A DNA stretch of 63,702 bases, filler included, from Licmophora abbreviata (GCA_900291995.1; 13 parts of 13 records of this genome joined end to end with filler, not necessarily neighbours in it), one strand, 5' to 3'; shown: positions 11,365 through 23,991, numbered from the whole stretch's first letter. The notes: generated from the sequence alone by a model not told the origin. Made by a program: numbers and translations.

Positions 11365-13808
11365 ATGCTGATGCTTTCGGGAAGAGTCGCTCTTGTGGTG
11401 TTGCTGCTCTGCGTGGCGGCCCTGCTGGTGTCGGTATTGACTCCGGGAACGAGAGGAGTGAGTGCCAGTTCGGTTGGAATGGAGGAGTGGAGTTTGTTCT
11501 TTCTGCGTGTTCTAAAAAAGTTGTGACTTTCCATTTCCTTGTGTTCTGTACAGACAAAACTTCGAGTTCCCTCTAGTCTGCTATCGCAGCCCGACGGTCT
11601 CCGCTGTCGCATTGTCTCGGTTGATGCAGAGTTCGATCGGTCCGAACTCGGGAACGATGACGACGATCAAGTGTTTCGGTGCATTACGGAAGCCGACCAA
11701 GAGCCGGATAGAGTAGATGACATGACTTATTCGTTGACCCTTCCAGCTGAGTTTGTCAAACAGCATTCGCACCTGGAAAATGGAGAAACGTATGTTGTGA
11801 TTCCTCACGGCCATGTTGTGCGAGAGAATGCCACCGTTGTCTACCCGGCAGGAGACGAGATTGCGTCTGTCGTACCCATGCAGCGTCGTCATTTGTCAGT
11901 AGAAGAGCGACGCGTTGGCGTTAAATCGATGCTAGTTTTACGTGTACTGGCGCCGGACAAGTCCACGAGTTTGACAAGGAACCAACTGTCTGAGCGTATC
12001 TTCGGCATTGGCCCGAACGCCCAGCCCGTCAATGTGCGAAGTCAGTACATGGCTTGCTCCTCTGAAAAGTTTGACATCCGACCGGCAGAAGGCACAGGTA
12101 TCGTTGGAGGCGTCGCAAATATTGTCATTGATACTAAGGTTGTGGGAGCCGATCCTTTTGATCTGGAGAATCCAATTGTCACCGAGGCCGAACGCCGGTT
12201 TGGTCGACTCGAAGATCAGTTCGATCATGTCTTGCTATGCCTCCCTCCGGGAACAGTGTATCGAAAGACCCGCGCTCAGTGGTATGCCTACGGATACCTC
12301 AACTGGTACCGCTCAGTGTACAATGACGAGTGGTGCGGATACTACAGCGTGCCAATGCATGAGGTCGGTCACAACCTGAACCTACAGCACTCGAGCGAAG
12401 GCGATAGCTCATATGGAGACCAGAGTGGTTAGTTCTTCTTGCCTTTTTGTTGTCCTCTTCACTTACCCGATCGCAATCTCATACACTGGTTTCCTTAATG
12501 CTCATATTTTCGTCTTTACTAGGCATGATGGGATTTTCGTATGGTACAGTGGGGGCTCCATCAATGTGCTTCAACGCCCACAAGTCGTGGCTGCTCAATT
12601 GGTACAACAACCGGCGAGTCTCGCTCGACGTGGACCAGGCGTGGGGTGGACGCTTGGTGTCGCTCGTAGACTACAACCGAGCCTCTTCGGACGAGTACGT
12701 TCTCGTGCGCATTCGTAACATCTTTCTTCAGTACAATCGAGCGCGCAGTTTCAATGCGCAGACCCAAGAACGGCCTGATCAGGTCGTTATTGTACGGGGC
12801 CCCGGGAACGACGAACGTTCGGAACTTGTGAGCGGCGTCGCACTTGGACAGACTGGTATTTCATCGACTTATCGTCTCACGAAATTCTTTGGTACGGGCT
12901 ACGACTTGGTGATTGAAGCATGCGAACAAGTTTACTCGGATCCAGATTATCCTGACGACGACTCTGTCGACTATGTGTTTGTCAGTATCTATCTCGACAA
13001 TGGTATCCAGTCCAGCATGTGTCACTTGGCGTCACCGCGTGATTCTCCCCCAATGACACCCAGCCCAACTCCTGCACCCACCCCAAGACCTACCCCGCAT
13101 CCCACGCCACAGCCAACTGCAATACAACAAGCTCCGCCTCTCCCGCCGGGTGACTGCAACGATTCAACAAGGTCGTTTCGCATCGACCCCTCGAACACTG
13201 CAACCATTACCTGTCAAGATCTTGCATCCAACCAAGTTCTGACTCAGAAACTCTGTGTTGCGACGCATCAGGCCTTTAGTCTGTGCGAAGAAACGTGCGG
13301 GGTCTGTATGGACTCGTGCGAAGACTCGACCTCGGAAACGTTTTACGTCAACAAGAATTGGGGCGATCAAGATTGCTCGTGGCTATCTGGGAAACCGGGA
13401 TGGCAGAATGAAATTTGTCACTCTGGCCACGCCGCCTTTATGACATGTCCCGAAACCTGCGATAGCTGCAATCAAGTCGGCGAATGCGAAGACGATTTCG
13501 ACGCCGAGTTCTTTGTCGACAGCAGCCGCGGTGATAGGACGTGTCTGTGGCTGATGCGCAACCCGGCTTGGAAGGATACACTGTGCAATGTGGGACACGA
13601 TGCATACCATGTTTGCCCCGAGATTTGCGGAAAGTGCAGTGACGATTGCCACGATGATCCGACGGCTACGTTTTACGTCAACAAGGTGCAACTGAATCAG
13701 AACTGCGCGTGGCTGTCGACGCGACCGGGATGGTTTGATCACTTGTGTGTCGAGACGCACGATGCCTACGAGCAGTGCCGAGAAACGTGCAATTCATGTC
13801 ACTCGTAA
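11365..13808 (+). CDS. Secreted gametolysin-like M11 zinc metalloprotease with Pro/Thr linker and four 6-Cys repeats
   Basis: Signal peptide exon 11365-11457, introns 11458-11553 and 12428-12522. Zinc motif HEVGHNLNLQHS, then YGDQSGMMG (Met-turn) and CFNAHKSWLLNWY, as in M11 peptidases. Confidence 0.85.
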
Positions 13809-14636
13809 CTAACTTAGAAGAGCTACAAACAAGTGGAATTTTGTTGCCACGGCTCATATTATTACACGATACGGGTACTAACGAGTAAAACCTTTTTCTG
13901 GTATGCGTTAGTAGCTACAGCGATGGCTATGCGTGTGAGTGCGTGAGTCGGCTCCTCTTGTAGGTGCTCCCAAATCATCTGCACCGATCATTTCGTTGGT
14001 AACCATACCATACTGTCTCCCCGACCTGTTTGTAGGAATATAGGGGCATCAGCCGCAACTCGGAGCAGTTCGAACGTCGCATATCATGGACCTACATTCG
14101 AAATGAAGCTAGCTGTCTGATCATGAATCGACACACGAGCTCTTACTTGGAAATACAGCAACACCGCAGCTCGCATCACGAGCTCCAAGTTGAAAAACAA
14201 ATCTCCACGTGGTCAACGCATTCTCTACGTTGCATACATACCAATTCCTACGTGCAGTTCGAACGAATTCGTAATGACCCGGAGGTGTTTGCACGATTGC
14301 CGTCTACGTAGGAATAGGCAGACGCAGTACGGAAGGGATTGATCGTTTGGGTGTCTTCATGGTCGAGGAAAATTGAATTCAAAGTTCTAGTCGGCATTTC
14401 TAGGTATTGAAGCCACGTAGATTTCTACGTCGGTGACTCACTCATCTTGGAAGAGAAGTCGACACGCCTCTCGTTACTGCTCGGGACGAGCTTGTAGCAT
14501 TCACACCACGATTCCCTCGCTTGAAGGTGCTGTAACGACCTCCTCCTTCCTCCCTGTGAGCCTTGCGCCCGCTTTTATCCCATTCGATACCACTCCCGAT
14601 ACCCCCTGAACCAATCTGCTGGACCGAAAAAAGAGA

Positions 14637-15676
14637 ATGACGATGAAATCAGATCCAATTGTGCACCCCGCCAAGGACGCACAAGAATGTCCAATTTTCC
14701 TGCGCAGTGAGTACTTGTAGCGAAAGATCGCGTGCATGAGTCGGCGGGAATGACGCCAGCGGCGCCTCGAGACGAACAACGATGCTCTCTGTAACACCAT
14801 TTTATACAACAGTGCAATGTGAAGACTCACCGCTGTCTCTTGTCTCGTTTCGCTCCCAGAAACGTACCACATGATTGATACGTGTGACTCGAAAATTGCC
14901 TGCTGGTCGGACGATGGCGAGACCTTCATTGTCAAGAACACGCAAGTCTTTGAAAAGACCATCATCCCGCAGTTCTTCAAGCACAGCAAGTTCAGCTCCT
15001 TTGTCCGACAGCTCAATTTCTACGGCTTTCGCAAAATCAAGTATGCCGACACGCTCAAGATCGACGCCAAGCTGGAAGCCGAGACGGCAAGNNNNNNNNN
15101 NNNNNNNNNNNNNNNNNNNNNNNNNNNNNNNNNNNTTAATTAATTAANNNNNNNNNNNNNNNNNNNNNNNNNNNNNNNNNNNNNNNNNNNNCTTGTGCCT
15201 CGGTGTCATCGACCTCGGATGACAGTGACTTTGTCGATCAGCTCTTTTCGGCGTTTGAAAATGACGACGCCCTGTTGGTGGAAGGCGACACGGAGCAGAT
15301 CTTGATGGAACCCAGTGTCTCCACGAACAACAACACTCCAGATGTTGCCTTGATGAAGAGTTTGTCCGAGGCCCTGTCCTTGCTTCCTCGCGAAATGCAA
15401 GAACTCATTGTCAATCGGCTCGTTGCCACCATTACGGGAACGGACTTTTTGGAAAAGCATGCCGCGGCGGCGGCAGAAGAACCATCCCAAGTGCCTCCAT
15501 CTCCTGCGCTGTCGTCTCAACAGCAGCAGACGCCAGAAGAGTCTTCCACCATCAATGTGCCCTTGGCAGCGGCGACCTTGGCAGCTATCTTGGCGCAGTA
15601 CGGTGGTACGGATAAGAACAAGCAAGCCATGATGCTCAACAAGGCGTTGGTTCCCGTTATTCCGATTCATGCATAA
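14637..15676 (+). CDS. Heat shock transcription factor, paralog 2 (middle lies in a gap)
   Basis: Exon 14637-14706 (MTMKSDP...CPIFLR), intron 14707-14859, then KTYHMIDTCDSKIACWSDDGETFIVK...[20 protein letters not shown]. The C-terminal 'LSEALSLLPREMQELIVNRLV...PLAAATLAAIL' segment follows the gap. Confidence 0.93.
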
Positions 15677-15973
15677 GAGCAGAAGGCTTGTTTGGAAAGG
15701 GGACGACTTTTGAAGACTTGCGACGGAAGATATATATGGAACTACGATGCATGGGACACACGATACCGAGGATATATATCCAAGAAGAAAAAAAACAGAA
15801 ACATGTACACACTATCCTGCGGTAGCGTCGTAGTCTCTAGAGTACAGAACTTCTACTTTAGGCTGCATGAGTATAATGAGACAACATACCTCATGTTCAT
15901 ATACGATCCTGGCAAGTAGTATTTGAACTCGTGGTCGTCGTGTCCGTCAAGGTCAACATGAGTAGCTTTGTAG

Positions 15974-17480
15974 TCAGTCGACCTGGAACTGGCATACTTC
16001 TCGACACGATTGTTCGGAATCGTCCTCATTCTCTTTACACCATCGCCCGACTCCCTGTTCATTTTGTGGATCATAGTCCAACACACCCACACCATCATCG
16101 TCACTCCCTGCTGCAATACTGTTGTTGTTCCCTAAAAGAAAGCACCGTTGAATTACGCTCTGAATCTTGTTTCGAATCACACCGCCTTGCTTGAGTGCCA
16201 TGGCACCCGTTGCAGCAAACGTCAGTATGGGTATGTTACCACGCTGCCACTGAATGTATTCAATGTGGTTCTCGTCTGTGAATACGGCGGCCAGTTCCGA
16301 GGAGACTTCGAGTCGGAAGGGTGTCTGGGAAGAGAGTGACTGCTTCGAAACTTGTTTCTGCAGTATCGTTTGCAATTCAGCCGGCCCCAATGGAACAAAT
16401 GGCGCCACGGCATGGATGTAGTCACTCAAAACGGTACCGAATCATCCTCATTATCATGTTGATCCAAAGAAAGAAACTGCCCGTCCAATTCGTCGCGCAG
16501 CGCCAAATCCAATTGCAGAGGCGGCACATTTCGAAGCGATCCATTACCGTACTGTTGCAAGTGTTGATGAATGACACGTGACCCAATCTGTGTCGTGAGA
16601 ATCATCAGAAGGGGTGCGTTCATTGCGGAAAGCTCTCGCAAGACTCGATGCAAACTCGATATGTTTCTCCTTCCATCCGTCTCCGCTGCGCGTGCTCCTG
16701 CAGCGCCGTTTCGACAGCATGTTGCCAAACAATCACAGTTCCTCCAAGATTGGCACGCTGCCTTCGTCTCGCATGCTGTAGTATGTAGTGAGCGACGGAA
16801 TCCTCGGGATGATCTTTGGAAATAGTCAAGACACATGATGATGATGATGATGATGATGCACTCATGCTACAGGACATTGGCACGAGCGCAGATGTCACGA
16901 CACGCGCCAACTCCATCTTGCCCACGCCCGTAGTACCCGCAAACAACAAGACACGTGTCATACTACAATCATCACTGCTGCTGTGGATACTGTTGGCGGA
17001 TGATGGATCCCACACTGCAGTCAGAGCTTCTTGTACAATGTGCAAGGCCCTCGACTGCCCCACAAGGATCGTGTCGTCGTCGTCGTCGTCGTTCCACAAG
17101 ATTGCCGTTCTCCACACACACGTGTGGCACCAAACATCGTGTTGATACTGGTACAGATCAGTCAGTTCATCCCAAATTCCTCGTACGCACCATCTCGTCA
17201 CGTACGGGATCACACAAAGGAGAGATTGAAGCGAGTCCAGCAGTCGTTGCAGTTCATACTGTAAGAATTCATTCCACGAAAAGGGAGTTTCGTAGAGAGG
17301 AGGAGGAGCCGGAGGACCGTAGCGAGCAATCATGTGGGCCAGTAGAGCAAAGATCAATGCGTACATCCACCATGATCTTCTACTAGCGGTAGGAGTAGGA
17401 GGAGTACTAGTAGATTGGGGTATGCGGTGCGAGACAGGATAGTCATCCTCGTATAGTCGGACGCTGCTGTCGCGTGCATT

Positions 17481-17512
<32 letters not shown>

Positions 17513-17630
17513 CAGTCGCATCATTGTCTCGGATGATGTTTTGACTTTGACTTTGATTTTCTCGATGTTCAGTGTCGTCCAGCGCATCATCCTCGTCATG
17601 GGAATAATAATGAGCCCGAAAGCGACCCAT
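15974..17630 (-). CDS. Membrane-anchored torsin/ClpB-like AAA+ protein (two apparent frameshifts)
   Basis: TM segment WWMYALIFALLAHMIA, 'ILVGQSRALHIV', Walker A 'VLLFAGTTGVGK', 'LMILTTQIGS..I', 'IHAVAPFVPLG'. Three overlapping ORFs are joined by adding single bases near 16710 and 16430. Confidence 0.65.
17480..17512. repeat. (TTG)n microsatellite encoding poly-Q in the torsin-like gene
   Basis: About 10 TTG units seen directly. (GAT)n near 16836-16858 (poly-S) and (GTC)n near 17073-17091 (poly-D) are in the same gene. Confidence 0.9.
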
Positions 17631-17764
17631 TTCGTTTCTCGTTCGGAGTGAGTGGACAAAGCAGNNNNNNNNNNNNNNNNNNNNNNNNNNNNNNNNNNNN
17701 NNNNNNNNTTAATTAATTAANNNNNNNNNNNNNNNNNNNNNNNNNNNNNNNNNNNNNNNNNNNN

Positions 17765-19871
17765 GATCTGGTGTTCGCAAGATCGTCTACGCCGCTCGTA
17801 CTCATTCGCAACTCTCCCAGTTTGTCGGGGAACTGAGGCGGACGGCCTATGGACCCAATGTCCGGGTGGTGGCTTTGGGAGGCCGTCAGGTCCTCTGCGG
17901 CAATACGGCATTGAAACAACGTCACTCTACCGAAAGTACTTTGTCGGAAGCTTGTTTGGATCTCCAGAAGGATGCCAAGGCGAAATGTCCGCTGTTGAAT
18001 TCGAAAGATGCCATTGCGACGCTGGCGTTGCACACCCTGGCACAGCCGTCGGACATTGAGGATGCGGCCAAACTGGGAGAGGCGGCTCATGCGTGTGCAT
18101 ATTATGCAACACGAGTAAGTGTGTTGGAAATCGACTTGGTATATTTTTGGCTGTGTGTCGTACTTCTCTCACTCTTCTTTTACATTGTCTCTCTTGACAG
18201 CAATCACTTGCGGCCGCTGAAGTCATAGTGCTGCCATACAATCTGTTGTTGTCCCGTCAGGCGCGCGCTTCGATTGGCTTGTCGCTACAGGGATCGCTCG
18301 TGCTGGTGGACGAAGCGCACAATGTGCCCGAGGCATTGCGCTCCTTGCACGCGTGTCGACTGTCGTTGCCGGTGGCGCACGCGGCGCTCACTCAGCTGGC
18401 AGCCTATACGCAGCGTTATGCATCGCGGCTGGCGGGGCGAAACTTATACTATCTTGGACAGATTCGCAAGTGCCTTGTGGCGTTTGTCAAACATCTGACG
18501 AGTCCACCATTGCAGGGCAACGATAAGCGTTGTATGGTGTCTGCTGCCGAATTGTTGATGGAACTCAAGCTGGATAATATCAATCTCTTCAAGATTCTGA
18601 GATACCTGGAGCAGTCAAGACTTGCTCAAAACCTTTTGGGGTTCTCTCATGTGTTGGAAAAGCAGCAGTCGTCGTCAGAAGGAGAGTCGAACACCAGAAA
18701 TGAAACGGGGCTTTCTAAGCACGTGTCGGCACTTTCAATTGTACAGTCCTTCTTGGAGAAGCTCACTTCGACGTCGAACGAGGGCAAGGTTGTCACCGAC
18801 TTGCCTAGCTCCGTGGATTCACGATCGAGTCGTTCCGTGTCGCATCCCACCCTGCGATATGTACTGTTGTATCCGTCAACTCACTTTCAGAATGTCTTGG
18901 ACGAAGCGCGTGCTGTAGCGCTAGTGGGTGGTACTCTACGTCCTTTTGCTCATGTTGCGGCCGAGCTTCTGGGACCCGAGTACGTGCAGGAAGCGGCAAA
19001 GGCCGACCAGCAAGTGGGCACCCAGATGAAGGCTTCCTTGTGCAACATGTCGTCCATTTTGACAACCTTTACATGCGACCATGTAGTTTCGTCGTCCAAC
19101 GTTCTATTGGAGTGTCTCTCATTTGGTCCGGACAAGACCAAATTGGATTTTCGGCATCAATCTCGAATGACAAATGCAGTCTGCGACGAGCTTGGTCGTG
19201 CGCTAGTGAATCTGTGCAAGGTCATCCCGTCGGGTATGGTCGTCTTTCTACCAAGCTACACGTACGAAGCTCATTTGGTGCGCCGTTGGAAGGACTCGGG
19301 TCTGCTGTCCACCCTTGAGCGGCACAAGAAGATTCATCGGGAACCCAGGAGCTCTCAACATGTGGAGACGTCTCTCGCTGGATACGCTCGCGATGCTCAG
19401 TCGTCGGCTGGGGCGCTCTTGTTGTCCGTTGTGGGAGGCAAGATGTCGGAAGGCATCAACTTTGCCAACGACATGGCTCGCTGTGTCGTGGTGGTCGGAC
19501 TTCCCTATCCGGATATTACAGATCCGGAGCTCAAGGAAAAGATGAGTACAATGGACCGGGCCGCAGCCCAGAAGAAGTCCGCCATCACAGGACAAGCTTA
19601 CTATCACAACCTCTGCATGCGAGCTGTGAATCAGAGCGTTGGCAGGGCCATCCGTCACGCCAACGACTATGCAGCGATTGTGTTGGCCGACTTTCGATAC
19701 TCCACGGACCCAAGAGTTTTCTCTGGGTTGCCGCAGTGGCTTCGGAGGGCTGTTCCTAAAGTTCCGCCTGGGGCGCAACTTGACAAGTCATTTGGCGGCT
19801 CCCTTGATCGCACAAAACACTTTTTCGAGCATCGAAGCATAACGAGAGAATCAACAACAGTTACTCCGTAA
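17765..19871 (+). CDS. DDX11: ATP-dependent DNA helicase DDX11/CHL1 (XPD family), 5' part missing in gap
   Basis: KIVYAARTHSQLSQF, CAYYATR, intron 18115-18200, LPYNLLL, DEAHN, GGTLRP, GMVVFLPSY, VVGGKMSEGINF, VVGLPYP, MRAVNQSVGRAIRHANDYA. Confidence 0.93.
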
Positions 19872-20016
19872 TTTTGAATTGTTGCAAGATAACCTTTGAC
19901 AAATCGCTACAGACGATTATTACTACAATCGACTTCCCCTTTCTATTTTCCACTCTCACATTAAGAGCCGCATGGCTCCCCAAATATTGATACAACAGAC
20001 AAACCCACAAAGCGGC

Positions 20017-21164
20017 TTAGCTCAGACGAGGACGCGACGACGGAGGCGCATTACTTGTCGTTTCCCGGTTCGCGGGGCGCTTCTCTCCTGCAACTGCTGT
20101 GGTGGACTCCACATTGCTGGTGCCAATGGATGGCGCACCAGCACCAGCCGGCGCCCCCAACACATTGTGAAGACTCAGCGCTGCCACTTGAGACAGTGAC
20201 TTCATCATGTCAGGGACTCCGCTCGATTGTCCCGCGAGCGCCGCGGCGGGGTTGCCTTGCTGCTGTGCCAGATGATGGACCAGCACCGCAAGTTTGTCGT
20301 ACTCGGCCGACAGAGCCGTGATGCGTCGATTGTATTCGTAACTCATCTCGGCCATGCGTCTATCAACATCAGATGACATGTTGCTGAGACATTCCCTAAG
20401 CTTGCATAGCTCGGCCTTCATGCTATCGACATCATCCTTGGATTGCATTTCCGACTTGGTTGCCCGCTTGATTTGCGACAACAGCTCAGGTTCGTCGCGT
20501 TTGAACTGGTCATGAAAGAAACGGACGTAACACGCCGTTCGAGCATCGTAGTCTGCTGTCAAGATGGGCTCAGCCTTGAGTTTACGGAATCCGTAAAAGT
20601 TGAGCTGACGGGCAAACGAACTAAAGTTGCTGTGCTTGAAATACTGAGGCAAGACTGACGAAGCGAACTGTTCGACGTTTTTCACCACGAAGTTGTCGCC
20701 TGCCTCTGACCATGTGGCGATACAGGGATCACACTTGTCNNNNNNNNNNNNNNNNNNNNNNNNNNNNNNNNNNNNNNNNNNNNTTAATTAATTAANNNNN
20801 NNNNNNNNNNNNNNNNNNNNNNNNNNNNNNNNNNNNNNNAGGACACGTATGCAAGTTTGACTGACTTACTGCTGAGGAACATGGGGAGCTGATGCTGTTT
20901 GGGACAAGTCTTACTGCCTCTTCGAGCTGGCTTCTCTTCCCCATTGCTAGAGATGATGGTAGGAGGGGAAGGACTCGTGGTTTTGAGCGAAGTGAGGACG
21001 TCAACCGTCATTCTTGTAGCAGCACTCGCGTCCTCCGTTGCAGGGGCGCCAGTCTTGGGCGAGGAGGCGTCTTCTGTGGGGTCGCTGACCGTCGGTTCTG
21101 ATGCACCAATGTCAGGGGCCATCGTATCTTTGTCTTTCTGCTTGGCTTTCATATGAGCAAGCAT
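20017..21164 (-). CDS. Heat shock transcription factor, paralog 3 (intron/exon junction in a gap)
   Basis: First exon ends HQLPMFLS with donor GTAAGT at 20869. After the gap: [21 protein letters not shown]...[21 protein letters not shown], then a coiled coil. Confidence 0.93.
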
Positions 21165-21641
21165 GATAATGATGGCGACAGGGCCGCGATTAGATGTTGG
21201 CCCTCGGTCACGTTGTTCCTGAGAAATCTGTGGTTCTTCGGATCTCACCAGAACCTTCGAGAACGACCGCGGATGTACGCAGTGTTTGTGTATATTGCTA
21301 CATACATCAATTTGTACGTCTTTCTTCGGCATGATATGTCCGTGGGATTGATTGATTGATTGATTCGATTCCAATGATTCATTCCTTCTCTCTCGCGACA
21401 GAAGCGAGGTTCGTTGCTGTTATTGTCACCGTAGACCTCGAGAAGCTATTGAGCAGCTGAAGGGGCATCCCTCTCACGGACGTAACGTTTGCAACTGATG
21501 AAAGTTTAGAACCGGTACCTGGTATAGTAAGGTGATCCATGAGAGCTCCTGCTCTGCTATGACAGCTAGCTAGTTATGGTGATAATTGTACGTATGGTTG
21601 ATACTCCAACTCGCTCCATGCTCGCATAGTCTTTCCCTTGT

Positions 21642-23991
21642 TCAAAAACGAAGACGGCCGCGCTTCTTGGAAGCCTTATCAGGATCTCCAAACAAGTCAT
21701 TGGCCTTGCTCTCCTCTACTTCCAAGTGGCGATGTTCCTCCTCTAGCGCTCGCTGTTTCTCTGTGACCTTCGGTGTCACTACGTTCAAGACAACCCGATC
21801 TTCTTCTGCAACCTTGAAGACTAGATTCTTGCGGAACTTTTTGAAGTTCTTCTTGCCAGAAGTAGTACTAGAGCGACTCGTGGAATCCCGCCTCGCCTGC
21901 CTGTTCGTTATATCAACGACCAAATTGCTCACGCAGTCTGTGGGAGCGGTCGCCGGAATGTCTTCGCCGTCTGTGTACTCGCGCAGTTCCATGACAGAGG
22001 TGCGATAGGCCTTGCGCTCGGCACCTCTGGGTGCCGCCACAAGCCATCCATCCGAGGTTGTGGGAAGCTTGGGTCGCTTCGACGATGAACGGTCGTCGCC
22101 TTGACGATGATCCTGATGGGACGCTTCCATTTCCGCGTCGTCATCGTCGTCATTGTGGTAGCTGTGAGTCAAGCGACGTCGCTGTCTGCGAGGTTCTGCT
22201 TCCTGCTCGGTGTGCTGCTCCTGGGATTCGTCAACGCTCATGGACTTGACCTCGTCACGAGAACGCTTCTTGGAGGAGATCCATCCGCTTGGCTCCGTCG
22301 CGGCTGTCTGAGCGGGAATTGTTATCGCACCGTTCTTCTCTAATGTCGACTCATCCTTTTCCGTCGACGAGTCTTGTAGTTCCGAGAGGCGTTCTTCGGG
22401 GATGGCTTCGAGCGGCTCTGCCACAGGCACAAGCTCCTCCTCTTCTCTTACGCCTCCTTCTGACACACTCACGAGCGGTTCGGATGGTCCAGGATCCGAG
22501 TCGTTGTTGTTGCTGTTGTTGGTAGGCGAGGGAATCTTGGTGGCATCTGCCTCGTTGGCCCCTCCAGCCACAAACTTACCCTCCACGTCCCTTAAGCCCT
22601 CCTGATAGGCTACTGATTTGGCAATGAGCTTTTGATTCGTATATACCGCAATCCCCGCAGCTTGGAGTTTCTCAAGGCGCTTTTCTACCTTTTTGTTGGG
22701 CGGCGACGGCATGACAATACAGAAATAGTGCGTATCGTTGATTCGCTTTTTAAGCTGCGTCAATTTCGCTCCAAACTGTTTTTCGGTACGCAACGTGTGG
22801 AGCTGGACCACAGCGGATCCCGCCGCACGACACAGACACTCCATGTCGTCCTGTACCAAACTCAACAACGTGCAGTCCTTGAAAAGCGTTGGCGAAGGAG
22901 TCGTTTCATTCCAGAATTTTGACTTTTGTGGGTCTGTAGGACGAAAGTCGCTCATAGGGCGCATGGCATCGCTGGGCGTTTGTCGGTCCCACATCATTTG
23001 CAAGTACTGTGTGGTAACAATGGGGCGCTGCAAGACCCATGCACAGAGTTGTTTGGCATTCGGCTTGCGTTCGTTGGCCACCAAATGGGTCAACGAATCG
23101 TCCAAGGCATGATGTTGTGTATCGAGAGACGATGCCCCCATCCACAGCATTCGTTTATTCCACAAATCCCGTGTGGACGTATCCACCGTACTCCAGGCCA
23201 GTCTCAATGGCACATGGGTCAGTACGAGAGTCGACCCATGATGTCCGCATTGAAGAATGATGCGCGATCTTTCAATGTCCGGCAAGAGCATCCTGCCAGA
23301 TGTTTCAANNNNNNNNNNNNNNNNNNNNNNNNNNNNNNNNNNNNNNNNNNNNTTAATTAATTAANNNNNNNNNNNNNNNNNNNNNNNNNNNNNNNNNNNN
23401 NNNNNNNNGAAGAATGATGCGCGATCTTTCAATGTCCGGTAAGAGCATCCTGCCAGATGTTTCAATCTTATCGAGAGTCGCAGTACGAGGATTCTTGACA
23501 AACCTGGATGCAACGTCGGAAAGTGCCGGTGTGGTCGCGCTGGCAGCAGGAGGCTGCGGTAGTCCTCCTTCGTCGTCCGTTTCGTCGTCTCCCGTGTGGC
23601 TCCCATCGTCGTCCTTGTAGACTACTTCTTCTTCTTCACTGTCATTTTCAACGACACGATAGGTACCATACTTGCTATCCAGATCTTTCGCAACGATACA
23701 CATGTGTAGAGGATTGTGTTTGCAGGCCTTCCGTTCGTCGGGTGTGGTTGGCGGCGTTGCTTTGCCGTCTATTTCGTTCGAAGCGCACAAGAGCACCAGT
23801 TCGAGATGCTGCCGCGAAACGCTCTTGTCACTGAAACAAACATGTGCATCCTTGCGCCCAACGGTCAAGAGAGCCTTCTCGTTGCACGTGCCGAGGCAGA
23901 CGTACAAGGGAGCCCCGGGAGAGACGGGTGGCGGCCCATCGGCGTCGACTTGGACGCTGCCGGAGGGGAAAATGTCGACGCGAATCAGCAT
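21642..23991 (-). CDS. NBS1: Nibrin/NBS1-like protein (FHA, BRCT-like region, Mre11-binding motif, C-terminal acidic motif)
   Basis: N-terminal FHA signature 'TVGRKD...DKSVSRQH...KDLDSKYGT'. BRCT-like 'THLV...AKQLCAWVLQRPIVTTQYL'. C-terminal 'KKNFKKFRK' and 'EESKANDLF'. The reading frame is continuous once the 57-nt overlap across the spacer is collapsed. Confidence 0.82.

Noticed and set aside
21346..21372. (GATT)n tract upstream of HSF paralog 3
   Set aside because: Short ordinary microsatellite with no further support for function.
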